Below are positions 26,459 to 38,482 of a stretch of 57,188 nt of DNA, one piece after another. Every line of letters begins with the position of its first letter. The stretch's first letter is position 1. Source of the DNA: Tubiluchus corallicola (Eukaryota > Animalia > Priapulida); assembly GCA_030141605.1 (NCBI GenBank), contig JAQGDQ010001179.1, forward strand, positions 1-57,188. Direction: 5' to 3'. The notes beneath the pieces were generated by a model. That model had not been told where the DNA came from. It did no database searches and saw nothing but the letters and a program-made list of their open reading frames with translations. The position numbers and the translations under genes are program-made.

Positions 26459-26810
26459 GTAGATTGATACAGCAGGTAGATCGATACAGCAGGTAGATCG
26501 ATACAGCAGGTAGATCGATACAGCAGGTAGATCGATACAGCAGGTAGATCGATACAGCAGGTAGATCGATACAGCAGGTAGATCGATACAGCAGGTAGAT
26601 CGATACAGCAGGTAGATCGATACAGCAGGTAGATTGGTACAGCAGGCAGATTGATACAGCAGGTAGATTGATACAACAGGTAGATCGATACAGCAGGTAT
26701 ATTGATACAGCAGGCAGATCGATGCAACAGGTAGATTGGTACAGCAGGTAGATTGATACAGCAGGTAGATTGATACAGCAAGCATATTGGTACAGCTGAC
26801 AGATTGATAC
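26449..26810. repeat. 17-bp minisatellite, ~21 copies, built from an exon/intron junction
   Basis: Unit GATACAGCAG|GTAGATC; the first unit is the real donor of exon 26368-26458. Confidence 0.95.
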
Positions 26811-27107
26811 TGAACTGATGCAGCACAAGGTTTTGTTTATCCACCTGTCACGTGACGGTTGTAGCTAAGACACATATTTGGCAGAAGAAAATTCTGTGAA
26901 ATTAATCAGTGCACGTTGAAAATCTAGTTTCAAATTAGTCTCACAAAGACTAATTACACCAAACAGTGTTGTAGATACTTGTAGTTTAATAGATCTTCAT
27001 ACAGGCAGTCTTAGTCTTAATACACGTCTGATGAAATGCGACACTTTGATTGATTGTAAATAATCAATAATCGGTTTTAAATGCTAATAAGATTCTGTGT
27101 TTTTCAG

Positions 27108-27188
27108 TTTTTGCACGATGAAGACCGAACGGGACGACAAACTAGAGAGATCCACGGGTTGGAGAAGTCGCTGCAGTGTCAGGAGGAG
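27108..27188 (+). CDS. CFAP43: CFAP43 exon (FLHDEDRTGRQTREIHGLEKSLQCQEE)
   Basis: tttttcAG / GAG|GTaagg, 81 nt, phase 0-0. Confidence 0.85.
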
Positions 27189-27476
27189 GTAAGGGTCACT
27201 TGAAAGTCGCATGAAATTGATACAGCAACAAACGGCTAGGTGTTTGAAAATAAAGTTAAATGAATTGAACTGCTTTGTGCGTTAAGAGAAGATTTATTAG
27301 GGTACATAGATAAACTTTCTTTTATTAATAAGTCTCACTTTTTTGTAACTGTGTCAAAAGGTTTGATATGATTTTTAACTATCAGATTAAAAGTTTTAAT
27401 AAACTTGTGGTGGTTTAGCTATAAACTGTTTTCAAGTGCCTGTAATAAAACATAATATATAATCTTTCTTTCGACC

Positions 27477-27931
27477 TGTCAAATCAAATCAAGTCAAATC
27501 AAGTCAAATCAAGGCAAAGCAAACAAAACCAAATCAAACCGAATCAAATCAAGCCAAATCAATGCAAGCCACACAAAATCAAATCAAACCAAATCTAGTC
27601 AAATCAAATTAAACCGAATCAAACCAAATCAAACCAAATCAGACCAAATCAAGCAAAATCAAGTCAAATCAAAACAAAGCAAAGCAAACCAAATCTAGTC
27701 AAATCAAATCAAATCAGACCATATTAAACAAAATCAAGTCAAATCAAGTCAAAACAAAACAAAGCAATGCAAAGAAAATCAAATCAAATCTAATCTAATT
27801 AAATTAAGTCAAACCAAATCAAACCGAATCAAATCAATGCAAGCGAAACAAAAGCAAATCAAACCAAACCTAGTCAAATCAAATCAAATTAAACCAAGTC
27901 AAGCCAAATCAAATCAAATCAAATTAAATCA
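27477..27931. repeat. Degenerate (AAATC)n pentanucleotide tract
   Basis: Direct reading. Confidence 0.95.
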
Positions 27932-28246
27932 ACTTCTTTTCTATATAACATTTCAGAAACATATACATGTAATAAAATTATACAAATGTAATTAGAGTAA
28001 TAAGAGTGTTAATAAAGTAAATATAAGGTCAAAGAGATTCAATAGCAAACTGACTGAAAGTCATCAATTCAGCTACCCTTTACTTGGTAATAAGAGAAGA
28101 TTTGCTTAATTTGAGCACTGAGTTAACATGACAGTTTAAACAATGATGTAAAGTTGTTTGTGTTAAGTAATTAATTGTACATAATTATCAATTATCACCC
28201 ATATACATAATTTTCACGTCTGTAAATTTGACAAGTTATTTGCATC

Positions 28247-28255
<9 letters not shown>

Positions 28256-28294
<39 letters not shown>

Positions 28295-28347
28295 GGTTAT
28301 ATATGATACCATCTCGTATCGTATTGTTATATATATAAATTAATTAA

Positions 28348-28428
<81 letters not shown>
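28256..28428. repeat. Interrupted (TA)n
   Basis: Direct reading. Confidence 0.93.
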
Positions 28429-28429
<1 letters not shown>

Positions 28430-28601
28430 TTAATTAATTTAGATACGATACTATTTCTTATCTAAGTAAAGCATATAAACAAATGAATTAAAGTGAACAA
28501 AATGAACATTGTTTTGAAGAGACCCATAGTATGTGACCTTTAGCAGGACTAAACATAATTTCTCAAATTTAATCCGTCTTTTTTTAAATGAGTTTTTAAA
28601 C

Positions 28602-29473
28602 GAACAATACAACTATTGATGTGAATAGAACAAGAGGTGTAATAGAACGATGTGTAATAGAACAAGAGGCATAATAGAATGATGTGTAATAGAACAAGAG
28701 GCATAATAGAATGATGTGTAATAGAACAAGAGGCATAATAGAATGATGTGTAATAGAACAATATAACTATAGATGTGAATAGAACAAGTGGTGTAATAGA
28801 ACGATGTGTAATAGAACAAGAGGCGTAATAGAATGATGTGTAATAGAACAAGAGGCATAATAGAACGATGTGTAATAGAACAAGAGGCATAATAGAACGA
28901 TGTGTAATAGAACAATACAACGATAGATGTGAATAGAACAAGCGGTGTAATAGAATGATGTGTAATAGAACAAGAGGAATAATAGAACGATGTGTAATAG
29001 AACAAGAGGCGTAATAGAATGATGTGTAATAGAACAAGAGGCATAATAGAACGATGTGTAATAGAACAAGAGGCATAATAGAACGATGTGTAATAGAACA
29101 ATACAACTATAGATGTGAATAGAACAAGAGGTGTAATAGAACGATGTGTAATAGAACAAGAGGCGTAATAGAATGATGTGTAATAGAACAATACAACTAT
29201 GGGTGTGAATAGAACAAGAGGTGTAATAGAATGATGTGTAATAGAACAATGCATAATAGAACAATGTGTAATAGAACAATACAACTATAGATGTGAATAG
29301 GACAAGAGGCATAATAGAACGATGTGTAATAGAACAATACAACTATGGGTGTGAATAGAACAAGAGGTGTAATAGAACAATGTGTAATAGAACAAGGCAT
29401 AATAGAACAATGTGTAATAGAACAATACAACTATAGATGTGAATAGAACAAGAGGCGTAATAGAACAATGTGT
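28602..29473. repeat. Complex minisatellite of AATAGAAC-based 15/17-bp subunits (mirror 56672-57188; fragment at ~31337-31400)
   Basis: gatgtgtaatagaacaagaggcataatagaac and variants. Confidence 0.93.
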
Positions 29474-29546
29474 ATTTCTCAAATTTAAATCTGTTTTTTT
29501 AAACGAGCTTCACAGAAGACGTTTTTGAAGTATTTCTTCATTTCAG

Positions 29547-29700
29547 CACCACCTTAAGAAGATTAACCACAAGAAACATCAGATTGAGAAGCTACAGGAG
29601 AAGGTGAACCAGAAGGAGAGAGCAAATCAGCAACTGAAGGAAAAGATAAATGCGCTGAATGTGGAGGTGAGCGCATCCGGGAATTTGCAGCAAGCCACGG
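29547..29700 (+). CDS. CFAP43: CFAP43 exon (HHLKKINHKKHQIEKLQEKVNQKERANQQL...NLQQAT), last recognisable exon; open at a phase-1 donor
   Basis: catttcAG / G|GTgagt, 154 nt coiled-coil peptide. NQK..AN motif. Confidence 0.87.
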
Positions 29701-30277
29701 GTGAGTGAGATCATCATCATCTTCTTATTATTATTTTTCTTCTTCTTCTTGTGACTCTAGTGTTTGGATGACAGATGCATGTCTCTTCAAGCTGCTGATA
29801 CTCCTAAGCAGCTTGATGAATAAGCCTTTTCGCAGTTCCAGCGATTGACAGTGATTGTAAAAAGGTCAAAGGTTAAGTGTACTAGACAACTCATTTGTGT
29901 GCACTTGACAATGACTCACAGCCCATGTCATTGTAATAGTAACAGTTTTAACAGCTGGCTAGAACCTTACCTAGTTCATTTTTTCCTGCTCCCAAGCAAA
30001 ATCCTGCTAGTAAATCACTCGATGCACAGACAAATTAAGTAAAGTGCACGTAAAACAACTGAAATTACTGAACTGATGTGGACACAGCTTTGTTTTACTC
30101 ACACGTCACGTGACGGTTGTAGCTCAGACGCGTTGCTGCGGTACACCTAACCTTTGACCTACAGCAACTGCGCTTGCGCACAATGAAACTGCGAAAAGGC
30201 TTTTTTCGTTAAGTGATAATTAATAACTCTGTCAAATTTTTTTGTTGACAAAACTCATTTTATGTTGCTGGAGATCT

Positions 30278-30421
30278 TTCCTTGGCCGAATGTTCAGCTC
30301 AGTCATAGATTATAGACACCAGTTTGTAGTTACAGTGAATTGCTGACAGCTAGAATAGAAATAGACAATTTAATTTCTTCTCTTGATGCGACAAATCAAT
30401 AATTACAAATGGGCAAGACGT
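30278..30421. repeat. ~145-bp direct repeat, second copy ~31403-31546
   Basis: ttccttggc(c/t)gaatgttcagctcagtc...aaatgggcaagacgt at both positions. Confidence 0.88.
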
Positions 30422-32020
30422 TAGAGGTGCATTTTCCTGCTTAATTAAACTTTATTCAGGGCCATTTATACCAGCACATCGAGTTTTAAACTCATCAGGG
30501 AAGCAGTTGATTCCCATTTTCTTTGTAATTCGTTTACTCATGCTTGACTTTCAAGCTGTTGTCCTGTGCTGCTTAGCAACTAACCTGCCTCATTAGTCGC
30601 AAAAGTTGGAATGGCAGACGGCTTGTATAAATCTCCAGTATGATGAAAAAATAAAACGCCGCTAATGTATTGTGATTTTTAATGGCGTACTAATGCACGT
30701 TGTAAAAGAAACTCTAAGATATTTCGCATTTTGTAACTAGTTCACCCCCCGTATCTTCAGTTTACACGACTTAATTATAATGATATAATAAAAGTATAAT
30801 GTCTCTTGAACTATGAACTATGAATTTATTTATCAAAAAATACAATATCAAACACATGAATAAATTTTAAATAAAATAATTTGAGTAGTGCAAGGTGAGT
30901 GTGCAACCATACGGTCATTAACAGATTCACCTTACTTAAAGGAAAAAATGATTATAATTATGCCTGCTTCTATAGATAACTTGATAATGTAAATAAGGAT
31001 GAAGTAAATGATGTAATAATAGCAATGGTGTAAGAGCAATATGTTGAGAAAGGAAAACATAATATGTAAATATAATTGTATTGAACATTTAAATATAATT
31101 GATGATAGTAATGTTGCCATCATAGCAATGGGTTATGGGGAGGAGGGGGAGGGACAATTTATAAGAATAAAAGTGATTCATTAGCAAAATTAATGCTACA
31201 ATAATACATTCAAAATTTTTCGTATCATGAGGAAATAATGTTGATTATATGTGGGTGAAGAGAGGTCTTCATACACATGTTCATTAAATTACAATGCTAA
31301 ATGCTAGACTGCTGAAGAATCTATAGATGTTTAAATGAACAACAGGCATAATAGAACAATGTGTAATAGAACGATGCAACTATAGATGTGAATAGAACAA
31401 TATTCCTTGGCTGAATGTTCAGCTCAGTCGTAGTTTATAGACACCAGTTTGTAGTTACAGTGAATTATTGGCAGCTAGAACACAAATAGACAATTTAATT
31501 TCTTTTCTTGATGCAACAAATCAATAATTACAAATGGGCAAGACGTCACAGTGTGTTGCCGCATAATTAAAAGCTTTTCCGGATTTTTTTCTGACAGGTG
31601 CGACGGACGATTTGGTTGAAATTTCGCAGTATTGACTTTTGCAGGTACGCGTTGTCTACTGTGGAAATGACGTGGCAGAATTGCACGTACTTATATCGCG
31701 TATCTTATCTGCGTGTGTTTTGTGAATGTGCCGTACATTTAACTAACGGTTGCGTATTCGTTGTTGGTTTGCTGTTATTTTCACAGGTTGCTGTGTCTTT
31801 GCACTTAACGACAATGCACCATTTCAGATGTTTCATTTACAAAAGGGCAACTTGTTTGGTGCACAAGAATTAAGTAGTCTCTTGAAAAAAGACAATCTTT
31901 AGATAAGATATAATCCAAAGAATTTTGAATGTAAGATTTAAGAATATCATATTTGCTTAACATTATTATCTTTTGCAGTTTTGCTGTTGCATAATAGGGT
32001 TCAGAGGTTTTGTTTCCAGG

Positions 32021-32710
32021 CGATAGATGGCAGCACTTAGTTGTAATGTGGATAAGCAACGGTGGGGGTTGTAAATAAAATTTAAGAATATCATCTTTGT
32101 TTAACATTATTGCCTTTTGCAGTTTTGCCTTGCTGTTGCATAATAGGGTTCAGAGGTTTTGTTTCCAGACGCTAGATGGCAGCACTTGATTGTAATATGC
32201 ACTAGCAAAGGTGGGGTTGTAAATAAAAATTTCATCATGCTTGATATTCTTGTTTGCAATTTTGCTCAGTTGTTGCATAAAAACTTTCATAGCTTTTTTC
32301 AGGACGCTAGATGGCAGCACTAGATTGCAAGGCACATTATAAGCAAAGATTTAGGTGTAAATTATGTTGACTTGGCATAATAGCATTTCTATTAAATGTT
32401 ATTCTTGTTGATCTTGCTGAGTTGTTGTGTAGAGGACTTCAATGTGTTTACGTTTTAGTTCGCTAGGTGGCAGCACGGCATATAAATTGCAGAGATGTGG
32501 CGTAACTATACTTTATTATTGCTGGTTTGTCCAGCGATTGCATTGTAGGTTTCATAGCTTGCGTTTTTGCACGCCAGGCGGCAGCACCTGTAAGGCATGC
32601 ATGCGTGTAGACGCAATATAGTGTCAATAATTAAACGTCCTTTTAATTTATTGTTTTATTTTTGCTTATTTGCTGCTTCACAACTTGTGTTTTGCGTCAC
32701 TAGATGGCGA
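32021..32710 (+). promoter_or_regulatory. Cluster of six co-oriented CTCF-like motifs (mirror 53424-54121, minus)
   Basis: cgatagatggcagcac 32021, cgctagatggcagcac 32170 and 32305, cgctaggtggcagcac 32461, cgccaggcggcagcac 32572, cactagatggcga 32698. Motif resemblance only. Confidence 0.5.
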
Positions 32711-33114
32711 TTAAATTTTGCGCCAAGTTCAATGGCGAACAGTTTTATAAGCGTGAACTCTAAAAACAGCAATATTAGCAAATCTAATGTTAGGAATGTC
32801 AATTCCAAGTTACTTAAATTAAATATATTTTTACTCAATAAGAAATATTGCAATAAGGCTTGAAGAGACGGTTTTTAACAACTGATGAACGTTCTCAGTA
32901 ATGAAACGTGACACTGTTACTAGAGTGTAGACAATAAATGAACCGTAGAAACATTACAGTATGACTACTAGCAGCACATACATAGCATAATGTTGAGAAT
33001 GACGTTAATATTACTATGTAAACATTATAAACTAATACAATCGTAAGAAGTGCTTAGTAAGAAATAGAAATTTCTCTACAAGTTCAAGTATTTGAATAGT
33101 AACAGTTATATTTA

Positions 33115-33415
33115 AATGAAAGAATGAATGAATGAACGAATAAATGAAAAAATGAACGAATGAATGCATGAACGAATAAATGAACGGATGAAAGACTAAA
33201 CGAATTGATGCATGTTTGAATGAATAAAAGAATGTATGAATGAATGAACGAATAAATTCATGAAAGAATGAATGAACGAATGAATGTGTGAACGAATAAA
33301 TAAATGAATGATGAATGAATGAATGAACGAATAAATGCATGAAAGAATGAACGAATGAATGCGTGAACGAATAAATGCATGAATGAATGATGGGAGGAAT
33401 GAATGAAGGAATGGA
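33115..33415. repeat. Degenerate (GAAT)n (mirror ~52715-53020)
   Basis: Direct reading. Confidence 0.92.
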
Positions 33416-33433
33416 CGACTACACAAATAATCG

Positions 33434-33700
33434 GCCAGTTTTTGGCAATATGGCTCTTTTTTGATTTAGGACATTGGTTGACATGTCATCTCTTTCAGTT
33501 GAGGTGATTATACTGCAAGAATTTCTTCACCGCATGTCCCAATTTTTGGCAGTATGGCTCATCTTTGATTTAGGACATTGGTTGACATGTCATCTCTTTC
33601 AGTTGAGGTGATTATACTGCAAGAATTTCTTCACCGCATGTGCCAGTTTTTGGCAGTATGGCTCCTCTTTCATTCAGGATACTGGATGACATGTCTCTTC
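33434..33700. repeat. ~105-bp tandem repeat, ~2.5 copies (mirror ~52432-52697)
   Basis: ccagtttttggca...taggacattggttgacatgtcatctctttcagttgagg...caccgcatgt repeated. Confidence 0.88.
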
Positions 33701-34094
33701 CAGAAAGTAAAGTATTAGATGTTGAAATATATTCTGTTAGTATTTTTTCTTTCTACAGCTAAACGGATACAATGAGCCTTCCTCTCTGATCTTCGTTATT
33801 TGCCACAATTCCATATTTCTTAATTCCTTTTTCTGTCTCTTAATAAGATTTCTTTAAGGTTATTTCCCAAGTGCAAAGCTGCAGAAGAAAATTGACTCGT
33901 TTTCATCGGATAAGGGAGTCTACTTAGTCTGTTTACTGTAATAAAGGGAAAATATAGAGTGCCCCAGGAGTCGAACTATATATATATATATAAATGTGAA
34001 TAATCCATGTTCATACTGAGAATGTTATCATATGTATTGTAATTGGCTTTGATGACATCAGCAGTGTTTATTTACACATTGTTAGAAACACGTT

Positions 34095-34620
34095 AATTGC
34101 CATTGTATGCCTTGTTATTATTGCTGTCGTGCACCTTGTCATAAGCATGTCACCTTGGTTGTCATACATATTGTCATAAGACGTTTGCCATTGTTGTTGT
34201 GTGCACCGTCTCATAAGCGTGTTGCCATTGTCGTCAATATTGCAATAGGCGTGTTCCATTGATGTCAATATTGTCATAAGCGTGTTGCCATTGTTATCAA
34301 TATTGCCATAAGCGTGTTGTCATTGTTGCCAATTTTGTCCTAAGCATGTTTCCATTGTTGTCAATACTGTCTCATAAGCGTGTTGCCATTGTTGTCAATA
34401 TTGTTATAAATGTGTTACCATTGTTGTCAATATTGTCATAAACATGTTGCCATTGTTGTCAATATTGTCATAAGCGTGTTGCAATTGTTGTCAATATTGC
34501 CATAAGCGTGTTGCCATTGTTGTCAATATTGCCATAAGCGTGCTGCCATAGATGCCAATATTGTCGTAAACGTGTTGCCATAGTTGTCAATATTGCCATA
34601 AGCGTGTTGCCATTGTTGTC
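34095..34620. repeat. ~32-bp minisatellite (mirror ~51510-52035)
   Basis: Unit ccattgttgtcaatattgccataagcgtgttg. Confidence 0.92.
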
Positions 34621-37442
34621 GTGAACCTGTATTTCTAATTTTCTAATCTGGCAACCCTAGGATAATTCCTTGTAAAATTCCTAGTAATGCCAGTTTTATT
34701 AATCTCTGGGATAAACGTAACGTAGTAGGTAGGTTAATAGCTCATAATTTCATTTTAATGAAAATCGCAGCGGGTGTTCTATTCTTCGTAATTCTTTCTA
34801 CGTGTTCTAAGAAACTGCTCAGGTAATAATGGCAACTTGGTTGCACAGCGTCTAGATCATGCGCTTGGCTGCCATATGCCTTTCAGTTGCTGTGCTCGGG
34901 AAAATTGAAATCATTTTTCTTAAATTTGTTTTGGTTCGTTCGTTTGTGTTTGTTTGTCACTAATTCATTTGTTTATTCTCTTTTTCATTCGTTCATTTGC
35001 AATTCGTCCACCTATTTATTCATTCATTCATTTATTCATCCTTGCATACATTTTCTTTATTCAGACATTAATTTCTTCTGTCGTTCTTTTTGTCATTTAT
35101 TCATTCCTCACCTTCCCATCCCCCTCTTCCTATTAGAGATATCTCCTAATCTGACATCATTTAAACGCTGCATAATCATTAAAGCTCTCATCCTGCAGTT
35201 TAGCATCAATTATCAGTATCTGCTGCTTCTAAGGATGATTAACAGTGTCACGTGATCACGTATCTTTAATAAACATGTCTGAAATTTCTTGCAAGCTGTC
35301 AAATTTTGATTACTTCCCGTAATTAATTAGGAAAAGAACTTTCAAGATTTTCTGAACTCGTAATAAGATTTGTTAAAGGACAAGAAATCCTTTTAGTTAC
35401 ACAAAGAATTTATTGTAGTGAATGTGACACTGCTAGCAAACAACGCCATTTTCAAGTACGATAAAAAGTATACATTTTAACACAATTAGTGCTGCAGAAG
35501 CGTTTCTGATAATTAAATAATACATTAAAAACTTAATTAGCGGTGGACGAGCGATGACATCACAAACTAACATAACATCGTTAAACGAATCCAAGGGTTC
35601 CGTAGGAAGTAATGTAAAAGAACTGAGACAGATCTCGCCTGATATAAGCGGCTAGAATTTACTACGGGAAGTAAGGGAAGCAAAGGCATTATGATATTTG
35701 CATCGTTTAGGTTACTAATGTGTTTTTAGAACAGAATAGCACAATTTATGCCATTTTAAGGCCTCAAATTAGGTAAAAAAGTTGTTGATGAAATAAAAAA
35801 TGGTTGTGAGCAAAGTAAAAAAATTCGTCATTATAATGAAACATGCATCATTAAGTGAGAAAAAGGTATCAAATGTTCAGCGTCGTTAAAACTAAACAGG
35901 GAGTCGTTAAGCGAGGACTTACTGCATTTTGACTTTTGTTTCTTTTTGAAAACAGCACATTTTGGAAAAAAAATCTGTATTATAGTTATAAAAAACCTTT
36001 TCCATCTTTATTTTCAACACTGTCATCTGTAGTTGAAGAATGGTATCAGTAATGCCATTGAGTGTGATTGCGATCAAGACTGTATTCTTTGTTTATAACC
36101 CTTGAGGCGTTTTTATGGTCAAGATTGTACACTGGGCTTTGGGCGAGATTGTGGGCAAGATTTGTGTTCTAGGTTTTAACATTTTGGGTGTGATTATGCT
36201 CAAGATTGTGCTCTTTATTCATAGCAATTTAGGATTACACGTTCGTGTCAGGATGTGATTAGGTCAAGATTGCGTTTTTGCCTTTCCCATGATTAAACGT
36301 GGCTCATGCATCATTCGTTTTGATTAAATGCCACATCTGAACAGGCACTCCTTGAATGAGTTGTTTATCTTTGTCAAAATTCAAGATTAGAAAACTCGTC
36401 GTTTTGCGCATGCGCACACTAACATTGAATATCTAAGGAGACATCAGTAACTAGAGCCCGTGCAGTCGTAGCACAAGCTAATTGTCAGCTGTGTATGTAT
36501 GCATATCAAAATGCTGATATGACTTATCTTCTGCTTTGCAGAAACTGCGTGTGGTGTGTTATCAAGGTATATAAACTAGGTTAAATTCTTAGCTGTTTTA
36601 TCACGTTTCATTAACATTAACAAAATTTATAACCTGATGTGCAGGAACTGTATGTGGTGTGTTACATATTACGTAAGCACAGGCTATGGACTGACATTTC
36701 TCAAGTACTATTGACATTTAACTTCTGCTTAGCATTTTTTGCACCACCTGGTACAATTTATAATCATGCAGAACACTGATCCGTCTGCATGATGGAAAAC
36801 AATTTTACAACAATAAAGTCTACCCGAAACAATAGTGCAAATTAATGTAATCATGTAAGCTATTGTAATTATATGCACAGTTTACCAGATTACCTACACA
36901 GACGTGAGTTTTTTACCAACATACATGTTTTTCAAATAGAATAACTGATACAGATCCGCCACAACAAAATTCCTTTACCAAAGATCCGCCCCTTTAACAG
37001 TTTAATTCATGGAAATTCACTTAGCATGATTATCTTTCCCTTGTCCTGCTAATAAACAAACAAACAAGCAAACAACAAACAGGCTCATTTGTGGTGGTAT
37101 TAAAGCTAAGAACAGGCAGCAAAAACACCAATATACTGAAAATATGACATTAAAAATTCAGTAGCTCCAGCAATAAACACAACCAGCTACTGTATAACAC
37201 ATGCTACGTGATCACGTGACTGCTGAATAACCAATCATCTTCCTTGTTGGTGATTTTAAACTGCTGATGACAATTACCATTTTACCAAATATGGTGTGAT
37301 ACGTGGTATAATAGCTGGAAATAAAGAATTTTATCAAGATTAATTTCCCTATTTCACGTCCTGTCCGTGGCATCTTGACTTAATTTTATAATAATTTTGG
37401 GAAGTTGTTGCATCGTCAGTGAGCATGTGGGCTTATGTTATT

Positions 37443-38015
37443 CGTCGTCGTCGTCGTCGTCGTCGTCGGCTTTCACTCGTTTCCGAGTATTGTCCTTTCG
37501 GTCGAAGTTACTAGCTGTGGTGGCCTTATCCCATCGCCGTTGGGCTTGAGTTTTATTTGACCGAAAGGTGGCCATTGGCGTGAGATTGATTAAGGTGGGC
37601 AACTACTTGCCGGGTAGAAGCCCACACACTTGGCTTTCAGATCAATTTCTGTGGCTCCTGGGGGGAGACAGACAGGATTTCCTTGAAAGTCGCAGCAGGC
37701 TGCCATTCTTCCAGTATTTTGAGAGATGCCTTCTAGCCAGCCCACATGGCATTGCCCTCATCCGCCATCTCAGCCGTTGAGAACTAAGCATGGTTCACTT
37801 CCGCCTGATCCGCCGTTGGGGTCTTCGGTCGTAACCCTGACCAGGGTGAAGCGTTATACCCCGCGACATTGGGTCCTTGCCTGAACTTGGTAACTGCCTA
37901 AGCAGCCTCCACCCCCGCGACTTGGACGCGCCAGACAAGAGTTGCCACTGTGTAGACTAGAGAAGGAGACTCTAACGCCGGGTTAACTACCCTGTATGGT
38001 ACCAGAGCAGAAGGC
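37443..38015 (-). mobile_element. 573-bp non-autonomous non-LTR retroposon (possibly RTE-related) inserted in 5S spacer sequence
   Basis: GC-rich block with a (GAC)~9 3' tail on minus. Flanked by 12-bp TSD gcttatgttatt (37431-37442) / gcttatattatt (38016-38027). Empty site seen at ~45411-45430 and in the right arm (~48135-48151). The clade assignment is tentative. Confidence 0.8.
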
Positions 38016-38375
38016 GCTTATATTATTATTACATGTCTAATGCTTTAGAAACTTTTACAAAGTGTTTGTGGTGTGTTGAGGCTAATGTAGATTTTCATTG
38101 AAGAGGAACAAACTTTGCTCCTCTTGGGAAGTTGGGAAGTTGTTGCATCGTCAGTGAGCATGTGGGCTTGTCACGTGAGGGCTGTAATTAAGACGCGCTG
38201 CTGTGGTACACATAAACTTTGACCTACAGCAACTGCGCGTGCGCATAGTGAAACTATGAAAGGGCTTATTAATAACCCTCATACGTAGACGGGTAACCAG
38301 TCACTTTTCAATAAACTCTGATATGAGTACGTGGTAACAGAACTGGTAGCAGCACTTGACTAGAAGTGATGGTGT

Positions 38376-38460
38376 CACGTGCCTGAAAGTTAGCCAATCA
38401 CGTTGCTTATGTTAACTTTAGCACATCACATTATTTTAAATTAAACATTTCCCATATAAA
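38376..38460 (+). promoter_or_regulatory. 5S upstream module: CACGTG-N12-CCAAT (about -107/-89) plus TATAAA (about -28)
   Basis: Same E-box/CCAAT spacing upstream of copies 1, 3, 5, 6, 8 and 10. A TATA-like box at -30/-25 is typical of animal 5S genes. Confidence 0.55.
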
Positions 38461-38482
38461 CCCGTTTAAACAAAATTTAAAT

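Noticed and set aside
26327-29482. Repetitive Cys/Tyr/His-rich minus-strand ORFs
   Set aside because: Stop-free frames of the 17-bp and AATAGAAC minisatellites, open in several frames at once.
34648-34660. hAT-like terminus (TAGGGTTGCCAGA on minus), with an inverse partner at ~51470
   Set aside because: The partner is only the palindrome mirror and the two face outward. No true second TIR or TSD found.
37935-38015. HDV-like ribozyme at the retroposon 5' end (GAG-TCTCCTT-CTC...GGCAAC on minus)
   Set aside because: A P3/L3-like hairpin is present, but I could not build P1/P2 pairings.
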